A DNA stretch of 51,002 nucleotides from Anthoceros angustus (GCA_010909165.1 VJWM01000340.1:1-51002), one strand, 5' to 3'. Shown: positions 1 through 12,183, counted from the stretch's first letter. The notes: generated from the letters alone by a model not told the origin. A program made the numbers and translations.

Positions 1-454
1 GGCATATCGTAAACCTTCCCCACCACCAGGTGGAATGGGTGATCAATGTGGCGCGACTGTGCATACTGGGTTGTTCGTTGTTTTTTCCGCTCCTGGCCTT
101 TTCAGCGCGAAAACAACCGGTTGAAATCTTTTGGGAAATTTGTTTTTCCTGCTCATCATTCCACTGTTTCATGCCCCACCAGCAGAAATACAATTTCCTG
201 CTGGCGATACCGATGGCCAGTTATCTGCTGTATTTTTCCTGCGCAGCTATTCGCGCAACGCGGGCTTTATGTACCAGTTCGTATTCTGGACTTTTGCCAT
301 TTCCATGCTGCTGGTATATTCACCGGTGTATGGTCCCGATATCATCTCGCGGTTCATGTTCCGTTTCACCCAGCACTACCGGCTGATGACTTTCCCCACC
401 TTGCTGCTGATCCCCATCGGTTTGTACTGCAACCCGCTTAAATTAAAGCCGTGA
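1..454 (+). CDS. C-terminal part of an integral membrane protein, possibly GT87/DUF2029-like glycosyltransferase (5' end outside window)
   Basis: Stitched frames give a hydrophobic multi-TM sequence with an IPLFMPHQQKYNFL motif. It ends at 454, overlapping the GTG start of meaB. The family assignment is from memory of the motif only. Confidence 0.35.
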
Positions 455-1323
455 CCATCCCTTCCATCGATATCGCCGGTATACAGCAGGGCAACCGCAG
501 GGCCATTGCACGCGGCATCAGCCTGCTTGAAAACCAGCCGGTAATCGCTGCTTTGCCCGGGGCATCCCGCCGCATTCCCATCATTGGCATCACCGGCCCT
601 CCCGGAGCAGGCAAAAGCACTTTGTCTGATCAATTGATCCAGTCGCTCGTCGACCAGCAGGCCAAAGTAGCCGTGCTTTGCGTAGACCCATCTTCTCCAT
701 TTCACGCCGGCGCATTGCTTGGCGACCGCCTGCGCATGAACCGCTGGTACCAGCATCCGGATGTGTATATCCGGTCATTGTCGTCGCGCGGTTCCGGGGA
801 TTACACGCCTGCCCGAAATCACCGCGTTACTGCAACTCGCACCATTCGATTATATCCTGGTCGAAACGGTTGGCATCGGGCAAAGCGAAGTGGCCATTGC
901 CACCCTCGCCGATGTGTGCCTCCTGGTGCTGGTTCCCGAGGCGGGTGATGATATCCAGGCCCTCAAATCGGGCATCATGGAAGTAGCCGATATCTTCGTG
1001 GTGAACAAAGCTGACCGGCCGGGAGCACCGGCTTTGAAGTCTGCCCTCGAAGGTGCCATCCGGTTGCATCCGGATATATCGCAGCCAAACGCACCGGTAA
1101 TGCTGGTATCAGCCCTGCAACAAACGGGTATTGCCGAACTGCTGAACGCCATTACCGTTCAACTGGCCGCACCTCGCCAAAAGACCCGCGCCTGCTCGCC
1201 GGCATCGCCTGGCAAATGATTGCGCAACGACGTCTTTATCCGCTGACGGTGGCACAATTGGCCGAAGACATCCGTACCGAACAGCAAACCGGTATGTTTT
1301 CACTCCTCCGGTATTCCCGGTAA
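451..1323 (+). CDS. meaB: Methylmalonyl-CoA mutase-associated GTPase MeaB/ArgK
   Basis: Walker A GITGPPGAGKST, VDPSSPFHAGALLGDRLRM, RSLSSRG, ETVGIGQSE, GDDIQALKSGIMEVADIFVVNKAD. Frameshifts near 815 and 1180. Confidence 0.93.
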
Positions 1324-1331
1324 GCGATCCA

Positions 1332-3680
1332 TTATTCCACATCACAACCAATCGGCGCACCAGAGGCATATCGGTGCAGTGTCGGCGCGCTTTGTCGGTG
1401 CCGCCATGCTTTGCAAAACCAGCGCATAATGGGCAGACAATTGAGGATCGGTACTTGTTTTCTGCGCTTCTACCCAGGTTTTCAGTTTCTTGACTGTCGC
1501 CACGCCACTCGCCAGGGCGGTGGTATTGCATTGTTCGTCGACCGACCAATGCAGGAGATAGGTGAGCAGCACCTGTTCGGTCTGCAGCTGGATCAGTTTT
1601 TCCACGCCGGTTTTCCGCTTTGCTTTGAAACTGGCACTGATCAGTTTATCGGCCATCTCAGCAGTGGATAATCCGCCCTTTTCCGCCTGTGCATCCATGC
1701 GGCTCAGTCTCTCCGGGTGGAAGAGAAAGGAAATCAGCCGCGGCTTCTGCCGGCGACAAAACATCAAAGGGCAGACCTGTGTTTTGAACAGCTCCGGTAA
1801 AATCATACGCCCCTGGCCGTGGTGGAGCAGCGCTGCAATCTTGTCGGGAACCTGTAAATGCCGGATCGATGCATTGTATCACGGCATCGAGTGCTTTCAG
1901 CTGTTCCGCTTTGGGAACGATCACCGGTGCGGGTTGGCCATCGCCTTTTACCGCGTAGCCGACAGTCCACCGATGGTTTTGGTAACGGCTTCCAGCTGGT
2001 ACCGGTGATAAAAATAAACGGGCACCAGGGCGTCTTCCAAAAGGCCAGGGGTGCCGGGGCGGATACTGTTTTCGCCAAACTGCTGTAAGGCCACCTGCCT
2101 GATCTTCATCATCGATTGCAATTCCGGTAACGGCATCGCGGCCATTGTCCCACAAATGCGCCTGCGGGTGCACCGCTGGCAGCACGTGCGTCGCGGTCGG
2201 TAATGTAGTGCAGGCTGGCGCTGATGCCGTCGCGCAGGGTTTTGTCGAGCCAGGCGGCTTCGTCGGAACCGGCGGGCAGGTCATTGTATCCCCAGTTCAC
2301 CGCCAGTTTGTCCCATGCACCGATCTTGTCGTCGTATGCTTTGTCCAGGCTGATTTTCCATCTGCCGTGATGTTTGCCTGTGGCTGCGGATAATCCATTA
2401 CGCTGGCATTGCCGTAGGCGCTGGCGATATAATTGTGGGCAATGCCCAGGGTATGGCCCACTTCATGCGCCGCCAACTGTCGAAGGCGCGCCAGGGCCAT
2501 TTGCAGCATCGGATCATTTGCCGGAAGATCTTTCGCAAAGGGCGACAACAATCCCTGCGCAATCAGGTAGTCTTGCCTAACCCGCAATGATCCCAGGGTC
2601 ACATTGCCTTTGATGATTTCACCGGTGCGCGGATCGGTTACGGCCGCACCATAACTCCACCCGCGGGTGCTGCGATGTACCCAGTTGATCATATTGTACC
2701 GGATGTCCATCGGGTCGGCACTGTCAGGCAGTATTTCCACGCGGAAGGCATCTTTGTAACCGGCTGCGGTAAAAGCCTGGTTCCACCAGCGGGCGCCATC
2801 CAGCAGTGCAGAGCGGATGGGTTCAGGCGTGCCATTGTCGAGATAGTATACGATTGGTTTAACGGGTTCGCTCATCGCGGCCGAAGGATCTTTTTCTGCA
2901 GGCGGTGTCGGGAGATGTAAAACTTTTCGATGGAGACGACACGGGTGTACTGTAGTCGAAAAATGAAATGCCGAAATAACCGACCTCGGGTCCATCACCC
3001 GCAACTTGTATTGGTTGTCTTGCAACTGTACGAAAGAATGGTGCATGCGCAGGGTGATGGCATCGGCCGATGCTGCGGTGGATGCCACGTACCCACCCCT
3101 CGTTATTGACGGGGTAATGGTAACTTCCATTTCGGTATTCTGCGGAAAGTTTTGGTATTGGAAAATAAAGCGCCGAGCGGGTTTTGTCGAGCGCAAATTG
3201 CCCTGCTTCATCCCCCTGATGCGATTGGCGGCTTTGATGGCATCGCGCAGCAAAAGTCAGTGAGGTCAACCCGAAACGGTTACCTGTAGCCGCTTCTGCA
3301 GTGAACCCCACACAATACCGACGAGGCAAAAGGTTGTTCCACCGCCCTTTTTCGGCAGCGCTGCCGCTGGCGCGATAGCTGTATGTTCGGCTGTATCAAA
3401 AATTTTCCGGCCGGTTCGCTGGAATTTCACCACAAACTCTCCGTTGAGCTGTCCCCGGTCGAGCCGATATCATTCGATCCCAATCCGCCAGGAAGGCGTA
3501 CAGGAATTCCTGGTCGAAACTGCCGATTTCCATCCAGATTTTGCCTTGCTGGTCGTCGCGGTACAGCGGAAAATAACCTTCCAGGCGGGTCAGGCCTTTG
3601 GTCTTTTCTTCAATTCCGGGCAGGTTTTGGGCAAAAGGCATAGGTGCCAGGAGCAGCAACCAGGAAAAAATGAGACGCAT
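1332..3680 (-). CDS. Secreted zinc-dependent metalloprotease (DUF5117/DUF4953, EcxA-like)
   Basis: Signal-peptide start MRLIFSWLLLLA, KPIVYYLDNGTPEP, WVHRSTRGWSYGAAVTDPRTGEIIKGNVTLGSLR, Zn motif AHEVGHTLGIAH and ASVMDYP Met-turn. Several frameshifts. Confidence 0.9.
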
Positions 3681-3708
3681 GTAAGGGGTTGTAGCGGAAG
3701 ATACAACT

Positions 3709-3923
3709 CTAGCGCATATCCTTGTTCGCGCGGTACCAGCGGAAACCGATAATTCCGAGGATGGCCAGTGGTGCGCCGGCGAGGTACATGATGCCGCTGT
3801 TGAGGGCTTTGGCTGGTTTCTCACCCAGTTGCTGGGCTGTTTTGGTACAGATGGAACATTGTGCCACCACACCGGTACTTGCACCCAGTGCCAGCACCAC
3901 TGCCAAAGTTTCAACTGCTTCAT
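3709..3923 (-). CDS. Small conserved Bacteroidota membrane protein with a CxxC motif
   Basis: MKQLK...LAVVLALGASTGVVAQCSICTKTAQQLGEKPAKALNSGIMYLAGAPLAILGIIGFRWYR: signal peptide, QCSIC motif and one C-terminal TM helix. Confidence 0.7.
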
Positions 3924-3986
3924 GGCACAAATTTAGCCATAGAAAGAAAATTCCGGTTCAAAAAACGGAGGAATTTTGATTCACAG

Positions 3987-4109
3987 TTAGGTAGAATAAG
4001 CGCAAATGGTTTTAAAACTGGATATGGATGCGGTACCTGATTCATCAATGCTGTTATAACGGCATTGAAAATCCATTGTCGACAGTTGCGTTTATTCTAC
4101 CTAATCCTA
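3987..4109 (-). mobile_element. Miniature internally deleted IS1595 derivative (MITE-like, 123 bp)
   Basis: 3987-4096 is the reverse complement of 13151-13260 (IS1595 right end) with 1 mismatch. It is joined directly to TTCTACCTAATCCTA (4095-4109), the IS1595 terminal inverted repeat. Confidence 0.85.
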
Positions 4110-4354
4110 AAAATTAAAACACTCCACAACTTTGTCTGAAATGAAAGATATGGCGGATTTTAATAGCCTCCCCCAAGACCAAAACCTGCAACGGTGTCTG
4201 CGAATGGCCTTTGCGTCGTCCGTTTCGCTGGGTGTATGGTGGACCAAAGGGATGATGTGATGAAGTGTTTCGCATAGAAAGCATTTGTTCAGTTGCTGGC
4301 ACTTCCTGGTAAGGCCGAAAAGTTGTACTTTATTTATGCTATAGCTGTTATTGG

Positions 4355-4660
4355 TGAATCCTTCCTGTCATACACTCCACGCGAACCGCTTCGTCGCTTT
4401 GTAAACGGCATGGTTTACATTGAAGGAACAAATGCAGGGTATCATTCGTTTTGATCAGCACCTTGCAGCCATCGCAAAACAGGCGGACAAACCACTCTCC
4501 CAGATCCATGCGTTTTATGACCAGTCGCATTTCATTAACGACTTCAGGCGCAGACAGGCATGACCCCAAAAATTACAAAGCATTCTGCCTCCGCTTTCCG
4601 GCGACCCGGCATAATCCCAATTTCATTCCGCTTACGAAGGAAACATTTTACAATTCTGTA
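4355..4660 (+). pseudogene. AraC-family regulator (DUF6597-HTH type) with a large internal deletion
   Basis: N-terminal-like FLSYTPREPLRRFVNGMVYIEG is joined near 4430 to C-terminal IIRF...FYDQSHFINDFRR.TGMTPKNY. Only ~100 codons are present. Confidence 0.7.
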
Positions 4661-4710
4661 CGGATAATGGCCTCTAGATTTGTGGGTAACAAATAGCCAA
4701 ATTTACACCG

Positions 4711-5074
4711 ATGAAACACGCAATCAGTTGGTTCGAAATCCTGCTGCTGACTTTGAAAGAGCGAAGTCCTTTTATGAAGCCGTCCTTGACACGAAGTGAT
4801 CATGCCCTTCCCGAGATGAAGTATGCTATTTTTCCGGCTGACATGCAGCAAGGAGAGATTACTGGTGACTAGTGGAAGAGAAGGGATACGTTCCTTCGCA
4901 GGATGGTGTGCTGATCTACCTTAATGGTGGGGATGACCTGGAAGATCCATTGTCGCGTGTAGCGACTGGGAGGCAAAGTACTTCGTACCAAGACTTCCCT
5001 TGGGGCGAACGGCTTCATGGCGCAGTTTCTCGATACAGAAGGAAATAAACTGGCTTTTCATTCTCATGAAATGA
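4711..5074 (+). CDS. VOC/glyoxalase family protein
   Basis: MKHAISWFEIPAADFERAKSFYE...DGVLIYLNGGDDL...GGKVL..KTSLGANGFMAQFLDTEGNKLAFHS. Confidence 0.9.
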
Positions 5075-5160
5075 TCAACGGATCGTTCTGTTTCCATTCA
5101 ACATCATCACTGGAAATGAATAAACTCACGCGGTCATCATCCGATCGGGTTAATGCAAAG

Positions 5161-6636
5161 ATGACAAGGCGAACAGCAACTGGTCTGATCGGCGCCCGGC
5201 ATTCTTTCGTTCTACCTCCCATTATCCTGCACGAATAAACTTGCTCCATTAACCGAAGAAGTCAACGCTGCACATTCCGCACATTGGCCGAGGCTGGCAA
5301 CTGGATCAGGTCCAAGCGAATAACTGCTGAAGCACTAACCCGTCTGCTCCTCGAAAGAATCCAGCAGCCTTGACGGACATCTGAACAGTTATATCACCGT
5401 GATGCATGAGTCGGCTATACGTCAGGCAAAGCAGCTGGACAAAGAATTAAAGGCCGGTATTTATCGTGGGCCGCTTCACGGTATTCCCATCGGCGTAAAA
5501 GATCTGTTGCTTACCACCAATGCGCCCACTACGATGGGGCATGCATTTAATGCTGATTATATTGCCTCCTTATGATGCCACGGTAATAACGAAGCTGAGC
5601 GCGCATGGAGCAGTTATTCTGGGAAAGCTTAACCTGACCGAGGGAGCGCTTTATAGCAATGCTTATAACATTCCGAAAAACCCCTGGGTGAAGATTTGTG
5701 GACAGGTGTTTCATCAAGTGGCCCCGGAGTAGCCACCGCTGCGGGCTCTGCTTTGCATCGCTCGGCTCTGATACAGGGGCTCTATACGGCTGCCCTCATC
5801 CGCTAATGGAATTGTCGGGCTAAAGACTACCTATCGATTGGTAAGCAGGTATGGCGCACTGCCCTGGCTGCAACATTTGATTCCATTGGGCCAATGGCCC
5901 GCTCGGTGGAAGATGTGGCGATTGTGCTGGAGGCGATAGCGGGTTACGATGCCAAAGACAGCAGCTCTGTTCATGCTGAACCGGTCTCCATTCTGCCATC
6001 GCTTGCAGCAGGCGTGAAGGGAATGCGCATAGGTGTTGACTGGAACTATATAAAGAACAGCGATGCAGCATTGGTTTCCGCCATTGAGGCTGCCGTCAGT
6101 CAGTTCAAAGAACTTGGTGCTACGATAGTGGACTTTAACATGCCGGATGTTCCTGATGTATGGAATGTGATCACCAGTTTTGAGGCAGCAGCGGCAAACA
6201 GAAAAGTATTTTAGCGCACAAAGAAGAATACGGAAACTTCTTTAGAGATTTCATTTCTTTTGGCACTTCAGTAACGGAGCAGCAGTATCAGCAGTCGCTT
6301 CAACGCAAAGAAGCGTTTCAACAGCAATTTCGCGATGCATTATCATCGGTTGATGCACTGATAGCACCGCTGGGGCATGGCCAAAGGAAAAACCGACCAA
6401 GGCTGGCGAGGTCATTTCATGGAGAATAACATGATCAAATTCAGCAACGACATTGATTCGCATTATTGCCTTCCGGCTAATCTTGCCGGAATTCCATCCC
6501 TGACCTTGCCGGTAAGGCGGAAAACGGATTTCCTCCCCAATTGATGATGGGCAGTGCATTTCAGAAGTCACTTTATGCCGGATCGGCTATGCGTTTGAAC
6601 AGTACTGCGTGGCATTTGCAGCACCCAAGCTGTAAA
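5161..6636 (+). CDS. Amidase signature family protein (GatA-like fold) with a twin-arginine-like N-terminus
   Basis: [79 protein letters not shown]-terminus [11 protein letters not shown]. Confidence 0.9.
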
Positions 6637-6676
6637 TAGTTTCAACATAATTGAGACCCATTCGTGTGTGAATTTC

Positions 6677-7100
6677 CCACTCTCCGGCAACAGCTTATAG
6701 AGTTTCAAAACTCTCCCGGAAGCCAAATTTTGCCGCCCTGAAGAACCAGGAAGCTGGTATGCTATTCAAGGACATCGTTCGTGAAATGCGTGTTAGCGAA
6801 GCCATATTTTATAATTGGACGTCGAAGTTTGGTGGCATGTACGCCAGCGATGTCAAACGTATAAAGGAGCTGGCGATTGAAGTGGACAATGAGCCGGCGT
6901 TTATCGGCAAATTATTTTCCGACTGGTGCAGCTGGCAATCCATAGTCATCAAATGCAGGAAGGCCGATGAAAACGGCTACTTAGCGGCTGAACAGTACCT
7001 TCCGGAAGATGTATTGGATGCATACCTGTTTGATTCACTGTAGGAAGTGAGCAAAACAAACTTGACAGCTATCAGAAGGTTTATTTTGTACAAGAAGTCA
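6677..7100 (+). mobile_element. Degenerate IS3-family remnant (orfA fused to an orfB fragment)
   Basis: DIVREMRVSEAIFYNWTSKFGGM..SDVKRIKEL (orfA HTH) is joined to EVDNEPAFIGK...EDVLDAYLFDSL (integrase core fragment). Most of orfB is missing. Confidence 0.8.
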
Positions 7101-7128
7101 TAAATTGTCCCTACATCATAGAGAACAA

Positions 7129-7553
7129 ATGCAACAGAGAGAATTTACCATTGAGTTTAAATCCGCCAGACCTGCCTACATAGAACTGCAGTCATTTATC
7201 GAACAGGAAACTGGTGAACCTGTTGCAGGTTTATTCACCAAAATCGAGGGAGACCTGGCATGTTATGGAGACGACAACGTGGAATTATATGGTCACATAT
7301 TGTATTGTTGATCTTCCTGTCAGTTCCCTTCACCTTATTGGTATGGAGCATTTGGGTGCTATCGCTCGGCAATTAGATGAAAGAAAAAGTCGCTATTTCA
7401 TTCGCTAGACCACACCAGGCTAGACCTGACATTTAGCGATATGTTGACTTGGTATTTGGCAGGCGACTACCGCCTGTGGGAAAATAGTCGTTTCGTCTTA
7501 TCTTATCCTATTGATCGCATTGCATCTGCACGCATCGAAAACATCTTTCCTTA
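7129..7553 (+). CDS. DUF1493-family protein, probably with an internal deletion
   Basis: TKIEGDLACYGDDNVEL and C-terminal LDLTFSDMLTWYLAGDYRL; the central segment appears to be missing. Confidence 0.55.
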
Positions 7554-7560
7554 AAGAAAC

Positions 7561-8301
7561 ATGCCATTTACCTTTTGCCATCCAGCCATTATTCTACCAC
7601 TCAACAAACTCGGAGAAAAGCGGATTTCTTTGACCGGACTTGTCATCGGAAGCATAGTCCCCGATTTTGAGTATTTCATTAGAATGAACGTGTACAGTAA
7701 GTATAGCCATACCCTTCCCGGTGTTTTTATTTTGATCTGCCGCTGGCATTGTTGTTGACCTTCATTTTCACTATTCGCTGCGAACAAAGCTGATGGACAA
7801 CCTCCCACAGATGATACGATCCAGGTGGGTGAATTGCCGGGATTTCAAGTGGGTTTCTATGTAAAACATCACTGGATAGTGGTTATATATTCAATATTGT
7901 TGGGTGTTTTCTCTCACCTGCTCTGGGACAGCTTCACGCACAGGGATGGATATTTTGTCAATATCCGGTCCCTTCAGGGAAAATATTTTTCTATTTGGCC
8001 ATCCTTCCAGGGTACAAGATCGCGCAGCACCTAAGCAGCTTCGCCGGTTTTATCATTATTGGGGAGCCGTGTGTCAATGCCCGCCGAAAAGTATCTAAAC
8101 GGCAGGGCAAGTGGCGGTTTGGTTCCAAATTTTCTTATGCGCCGGTTCGATCGTATTCTTCAGGATGGTGGCTGGGGACGATGGAGTTTGGGCAATTTAA
8201 CAGTCAGTGCCATCGCAGCAATATTGCTTTCCATGGTAATCATTCCGTCAATACCTTTCGTGCATGAAAACAGCGTTATCCGGGATCAGGAACAACATTA
8301 A
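7561..8301 (+). CDS. DUF4184-family membrane protein
   Basis: MPFTFCHPAIILPL...GLVIGSIVPDFEYF...YSHTLPGV, and SHLLWDSFTHRDGYFV. Confidence 0.88.
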
Positions 8302-8309
8302 GGTTGGGA

Positions 8310-8985
8310 AGAAATATCAACCCGATATTACCCCAAATCCTGCCCTGCGTTGACCCGAGGCGCAGTGCCTTGTGGTTGAGCTCCATCGATTTCTCCATGT
8401 CGCCGTTTTTACGCTTTGGCCGCCAGGTCGGCCAACATCTTTGCCTTGTCCCTTCCGGCGGCGGCGGCAAAACTTCTTCCACGATCGCCACTACCTCCAC
8501 CTTAACATGCACAGCATCCAACGCAATCCCGCATTGAATATCACGGACAGTGCCGGTTTGAAACCTTCACGGTCAGAAATTGGTTCAATATTCCCGGATC
8601 GTTTTCGGACTGGCTGCAGGTTCGCTGACCCAGCCGCTGTTCAATCGCCGCAATGTGCGCACGAATTATAAAGTAGCGAAACTGGAAGAGAATCATCTGT
8701 AGTGGGTTTCCGGTAATCTGTTTTGCGCGCCGTGGGTGAAGTGAGCAACGCACTGGCGAGCAATGTCAAACTGGGAGCGCGAGAAATTGCAAACTCTGAC
8801 GGCAGATCTGATCGTTGCGGAAACCAATGCGCGACAATTGTTCAAGAGCGATATGGTCACCTATCGGAAGTACTGGTAACGCAGACCAGAACGCTCGATG
8901 CGAATTCGAATCTCCCAGTATACAACGCTCGCGGTTAACCGCCAGAGTGGGATTGAATTGCGTGCTGGACGGTTGTTGGCAATAA
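8310..8985 (+). pseudogene. 3' part of an efflux outer-membrane factor (TolC/NodT family); 5' half absent
   Basis: Stitched AGSLTQPLFNRR..RTNYKVA, VLRAVGEVSNAL, YLEVLVTQ, C-terminal ..LGGW. No signal peptide or N-terminal half upstream. Confidence 0.7.
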
Positions 8986-9104
8986 ACTCGATTGATCGGC
9001 GATGCCCAAAAGATCATGTTCAAACCATGCTGCCTGTCGTTTTTGTCGTAGACATTGACCAAACAGCCATCGGGCAACGCACGTTGGAATTGACATACAG
9101 CCAG

Positions 9105-9781
9105 TTACGCGCGGAAAAGGGTATAAACCTGGCATCGGCCGGATCAGTTTTCTTTGCTGGTAAATAATTTTCCACCAGCGCAGCACCATTCGATACCAGC
9201 GCATAGGCTGGTACATTTTCTTGACCACGGTTCCCGACGACACCACCGCACTTCTGCCGATCTTCACTTTCGGCAGTACGATGCTTCCTGTACCTACAAA
9301 GCAGCCTTCTTCAAGCACAACTTCGCCCGTAAGAATCACTGCCGGAGCAACCTCACAGTTGGAATGGATGATTACAGCCATGGCCAATCTTGGCGGTTTT
9401 ATTCAACAACGTACACTTTCCCAACTGAACACCCGGTTCAATGATGACATGACTCAGGATGGTTACACCGACAGCAAGCTCCACATCGTATTCGCTGATT
9501 TCGGCGCGTGGGCTAACGAAACTGATCAGCTTTCCGCCCAGGGTCTCAAATCTTTCCGCCAGCTCCATCCTTGCCTTGGATCCGCCGACAGCCAACACAA
9601 AGTCCGCCCTACCTTCTCAAAATATTCCCGCACTTCCTCATCCGAAGAAAGAACCGGGAAACGTTTTCGATAAACGCATACTTCGTTTGGATTCACTCCA
9701 GAACGCAACATCCTTGCAGGTTCATGAATACAATGTCTGAGAACATCTGGGCAGCAAGGCCGCCGGCATGATCACTAACAT
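9105..9781 (-). CDS. Sugar O/N-acetyltransferase, NeuD/PglD/VioB family
   Basis: N-terminal MLVI-(G)AGG-L, LAVGGSKARMELAERF, hexapeptide repeats GVTILSHVIIEPGVQLGKCTLLN and EGCFVGTGSIVLPKVKIG. Confidence 0.85.
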
Positions 9782-9847
9782 GAATGTTTATTAGACGCCA
9801 AAATTGTGTATTTTATATACATAACACAATGTGCCATTATGTTATGA

Positions 9848-10282
9848 TTATCTGTTGCGATCAGTTTTTCTTAAAGAAACGATGCACGCCGGATTTTCCG
9901 GAAACCACCGCATTATCGGGCAAATTCCGCAACACCACCGAACATCCTGATACTGTGACGCCGTTTCCAACAGTAACACCAGGAAGCAAAATAGATTCGA
10001 TGTAATAGTACACAACGGCCTATTTCGCAGTAAAGTTAATACTGCAATCGTGGCCGATTGTTTACGGTTGAGCAAACAACCTTTTCCGATGAACACTGCC
10101 GCCGATTACGAGTTCATATTGATTACTTTCGATGGAGAAGTGAGCCCATACGGCATCATCAACACGGTAGATCAGCAGGAAATCGAGCTTTCCGTTCCAC
10201 TCCGAAAATCATATCTGCAGGTCAGACGCATCAAATTCCAGAAATAGCTGGGAAGTCAATCCACCGCACCGACAACAGGCAT
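9848..10282 (-). CDS. Hexapeptide-repeat acetyltransferase (serine acetyltransferase/WcaB-like)
   Basis: LVIGGSVFIGKGCLLN...ILLPGVTVGNGVTVSGCSVVLRNLPDNAVVSG(N)PA; heavily frameshifted. Confidence 0.65.
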
Positions 10283-10291
10283 ATTCTTTTT

Positions 10292-11214
10292 CTATGCCGT
10301 TCCAACAAATCCTTCGATTCGTCTGCCTCGGCGCCATGCCTGGCAGATTTGCCCAAAATGAGTTACAATATAACGCAGCATCCCAAAATGATAACATCGA
10401 TTGCATGGATTTTCCGGCAGCGGCCAGCACCATTCGCACCCCATGCCGGCAAACATCGGCCATACCCGTAGTCAGATGTCGCCTGCACATCGGCCCGCAA
10501 TACCGTATAGTTGTGCTGGTCAAAGCGAGCGCAAAGTTCCGGGTACTTCGCTGTTCTGGTTGCAGCCGGTCGTGCACAGCCCTCGCTTGCACTACCATAG
10601 GTTTTCCAGCCATGGTAACGCATGCGCTGCGCAAAATTCTGGTCCTCGCCATAATGAAAGAACAGCCGGTCAAAACTGCCAACTTGGCGAAGGCAGTTCG
10701 CCGACACCAGCCACACCGCTGCATTGACAAAGGCACTTCAAAACAAACAGCAGCCGTTGTCGTCAGCATATGCTCGGAGGCATCGGCAGATGGGCCGCTT
10801 TGTCCAGGTAGCTGCTGAAATGCGGATCGAGCCTAGCTTCGTCGCCCCGGAGTTGCAGCGCGGACTCGCCACACCGCAGTCGTTTTGCGTTTGGGCAAAA
10901 GCTCAACAGCTTTTGAAGGTATCGTTGAGCAGCCAGGCGTCCTGGTTGAGAGCAAAACAAAGTCGGCTTTCCAATGCAACAAAAGCCCGTTCAATGCCTT
11001 TGTTGTTGGCCGCGCCAAAACCAAGATTGGCTTTCATGTTGAACAACTCCACCTGCGGAAATTGCTGGTTGATCGTGGCGACGGTGTCATCGGTTGATCC
11101 GTTGTCAATCACCACAACTTGCTGAATGGCAGCATCACCCAGCAGGCTGCTCAGGCATTTGCTGATCCAGGCAATTCCATTATAAGTGACGATAACCGCA
11201 ACAACGATTGGCAT
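10292..11214 (-). CDS. Glycosyltransferase family 2 (rhamnosyltransferase-like)
   Basis: VIVTYNGIAWISKCLSSL...VVIDNGSTDDT...NLGFGAANNKG...LNQDAW, and FFHYGEDQNFAQR. Confidence 0.9.
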
Positions 11215-11320
11215 GGAAAATGAAATCAAAATATTTCATTTATTGCGCTGTAGTGATTTACCCCATACAATTAATGTAAAGGTAACCGAGACCGGGAACC
11301 GAAAAACAGAACTTAGACGC

Positions 11321-12168
11321 ATGGAAAAATTATTGGATCGACAATGGAAAGAGGTCATTTCGCCGGATACCCATTTGTTAAACCTGCACTGGAGATCTGG
11401 GAAAACCGCGATCTGCTGTTTATACTTGTCAAACGCGACATCACGGCCATTTATAAACAAACCGTACTCGGCCCGCTATGGTTTTCATTCAACCTTTGCT
11501 GACCACTGCCGTGTACGTGGTTGCCTCTCTCAAGGATCGGCAAAATTGGTACAGACAATATTCCGCCTTTGTTGTTTTACCTGAGCGGCCTGGTTTTGTG
11601 GATGTTTTTGCCGACTGCGTGGTCAGAACTTCCTCCTTTGCCAAAGACAACAGCCAGATTTTCAGTAAAGTCCATTTTCCGAAAATGGTCATTCCCTACG
11701 CCATCGTTGTCACCAACCTGGTAAAGTTCAGTTTGCAATTTTGTTGTTCCTGGCTATATATGGCTGGTTTATGGTGAAGCAGCCGGATCTGCGACCATCT
11801 GTCTACCTACTGCTGTGCCCGGTGATCCTCGCATTGGTGGGGTTTCTTGGACTGGCAGCCGGATTACTCGTATCTGCACTGACCACAAGGTACAAAGACC
11901 TTAGCCACCTGATCCAATTCGCAGTGCAACTGATGATGTTTTATCGACCGTTATTCTCCCGTTGACCTCTTTTGAAGGAACCCTTTCTTTCAATTGGAAG
12001 CTCAATCCCATGACCGGACTGATCAGAATGGTTCAGACTGGGCTTCTTCGAACAGGTAAACCGAATTGGACCAACTTTGGGTATATCCTGCTCTTTACCA
12101 CTGCTGTATTTTGTTTGGGTAATATCCTGTTCAACCTGGTGGAAAAAGACCTGGTAGATACGATCTGA
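11321..12168 (+). CDS. wzm: Polysaccharide ABC transporter permease Wzm
   Basis: RDLLFILVKRDI...YKQTVLGPLW.FIQPLLTT, FSKVHFPKMVIP, LLVSALTTRYKDL, LNPMTGLI. Confidence 0.9.
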
Positions 12169-12183
12169 ACAAACCACCAGATA

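Noticed and set aside
451-1323. meaB without an adjacent methylmalonyl-CoA mutase
   Set aside because: meaB is often unlinked from the mutase genes, so this is not unusual.
4110-4350. Possible small ORF or ncRNA between the MITE and the AraC remnant
   Set aside because: No convincing ORF, motif or stable structure could be supported.
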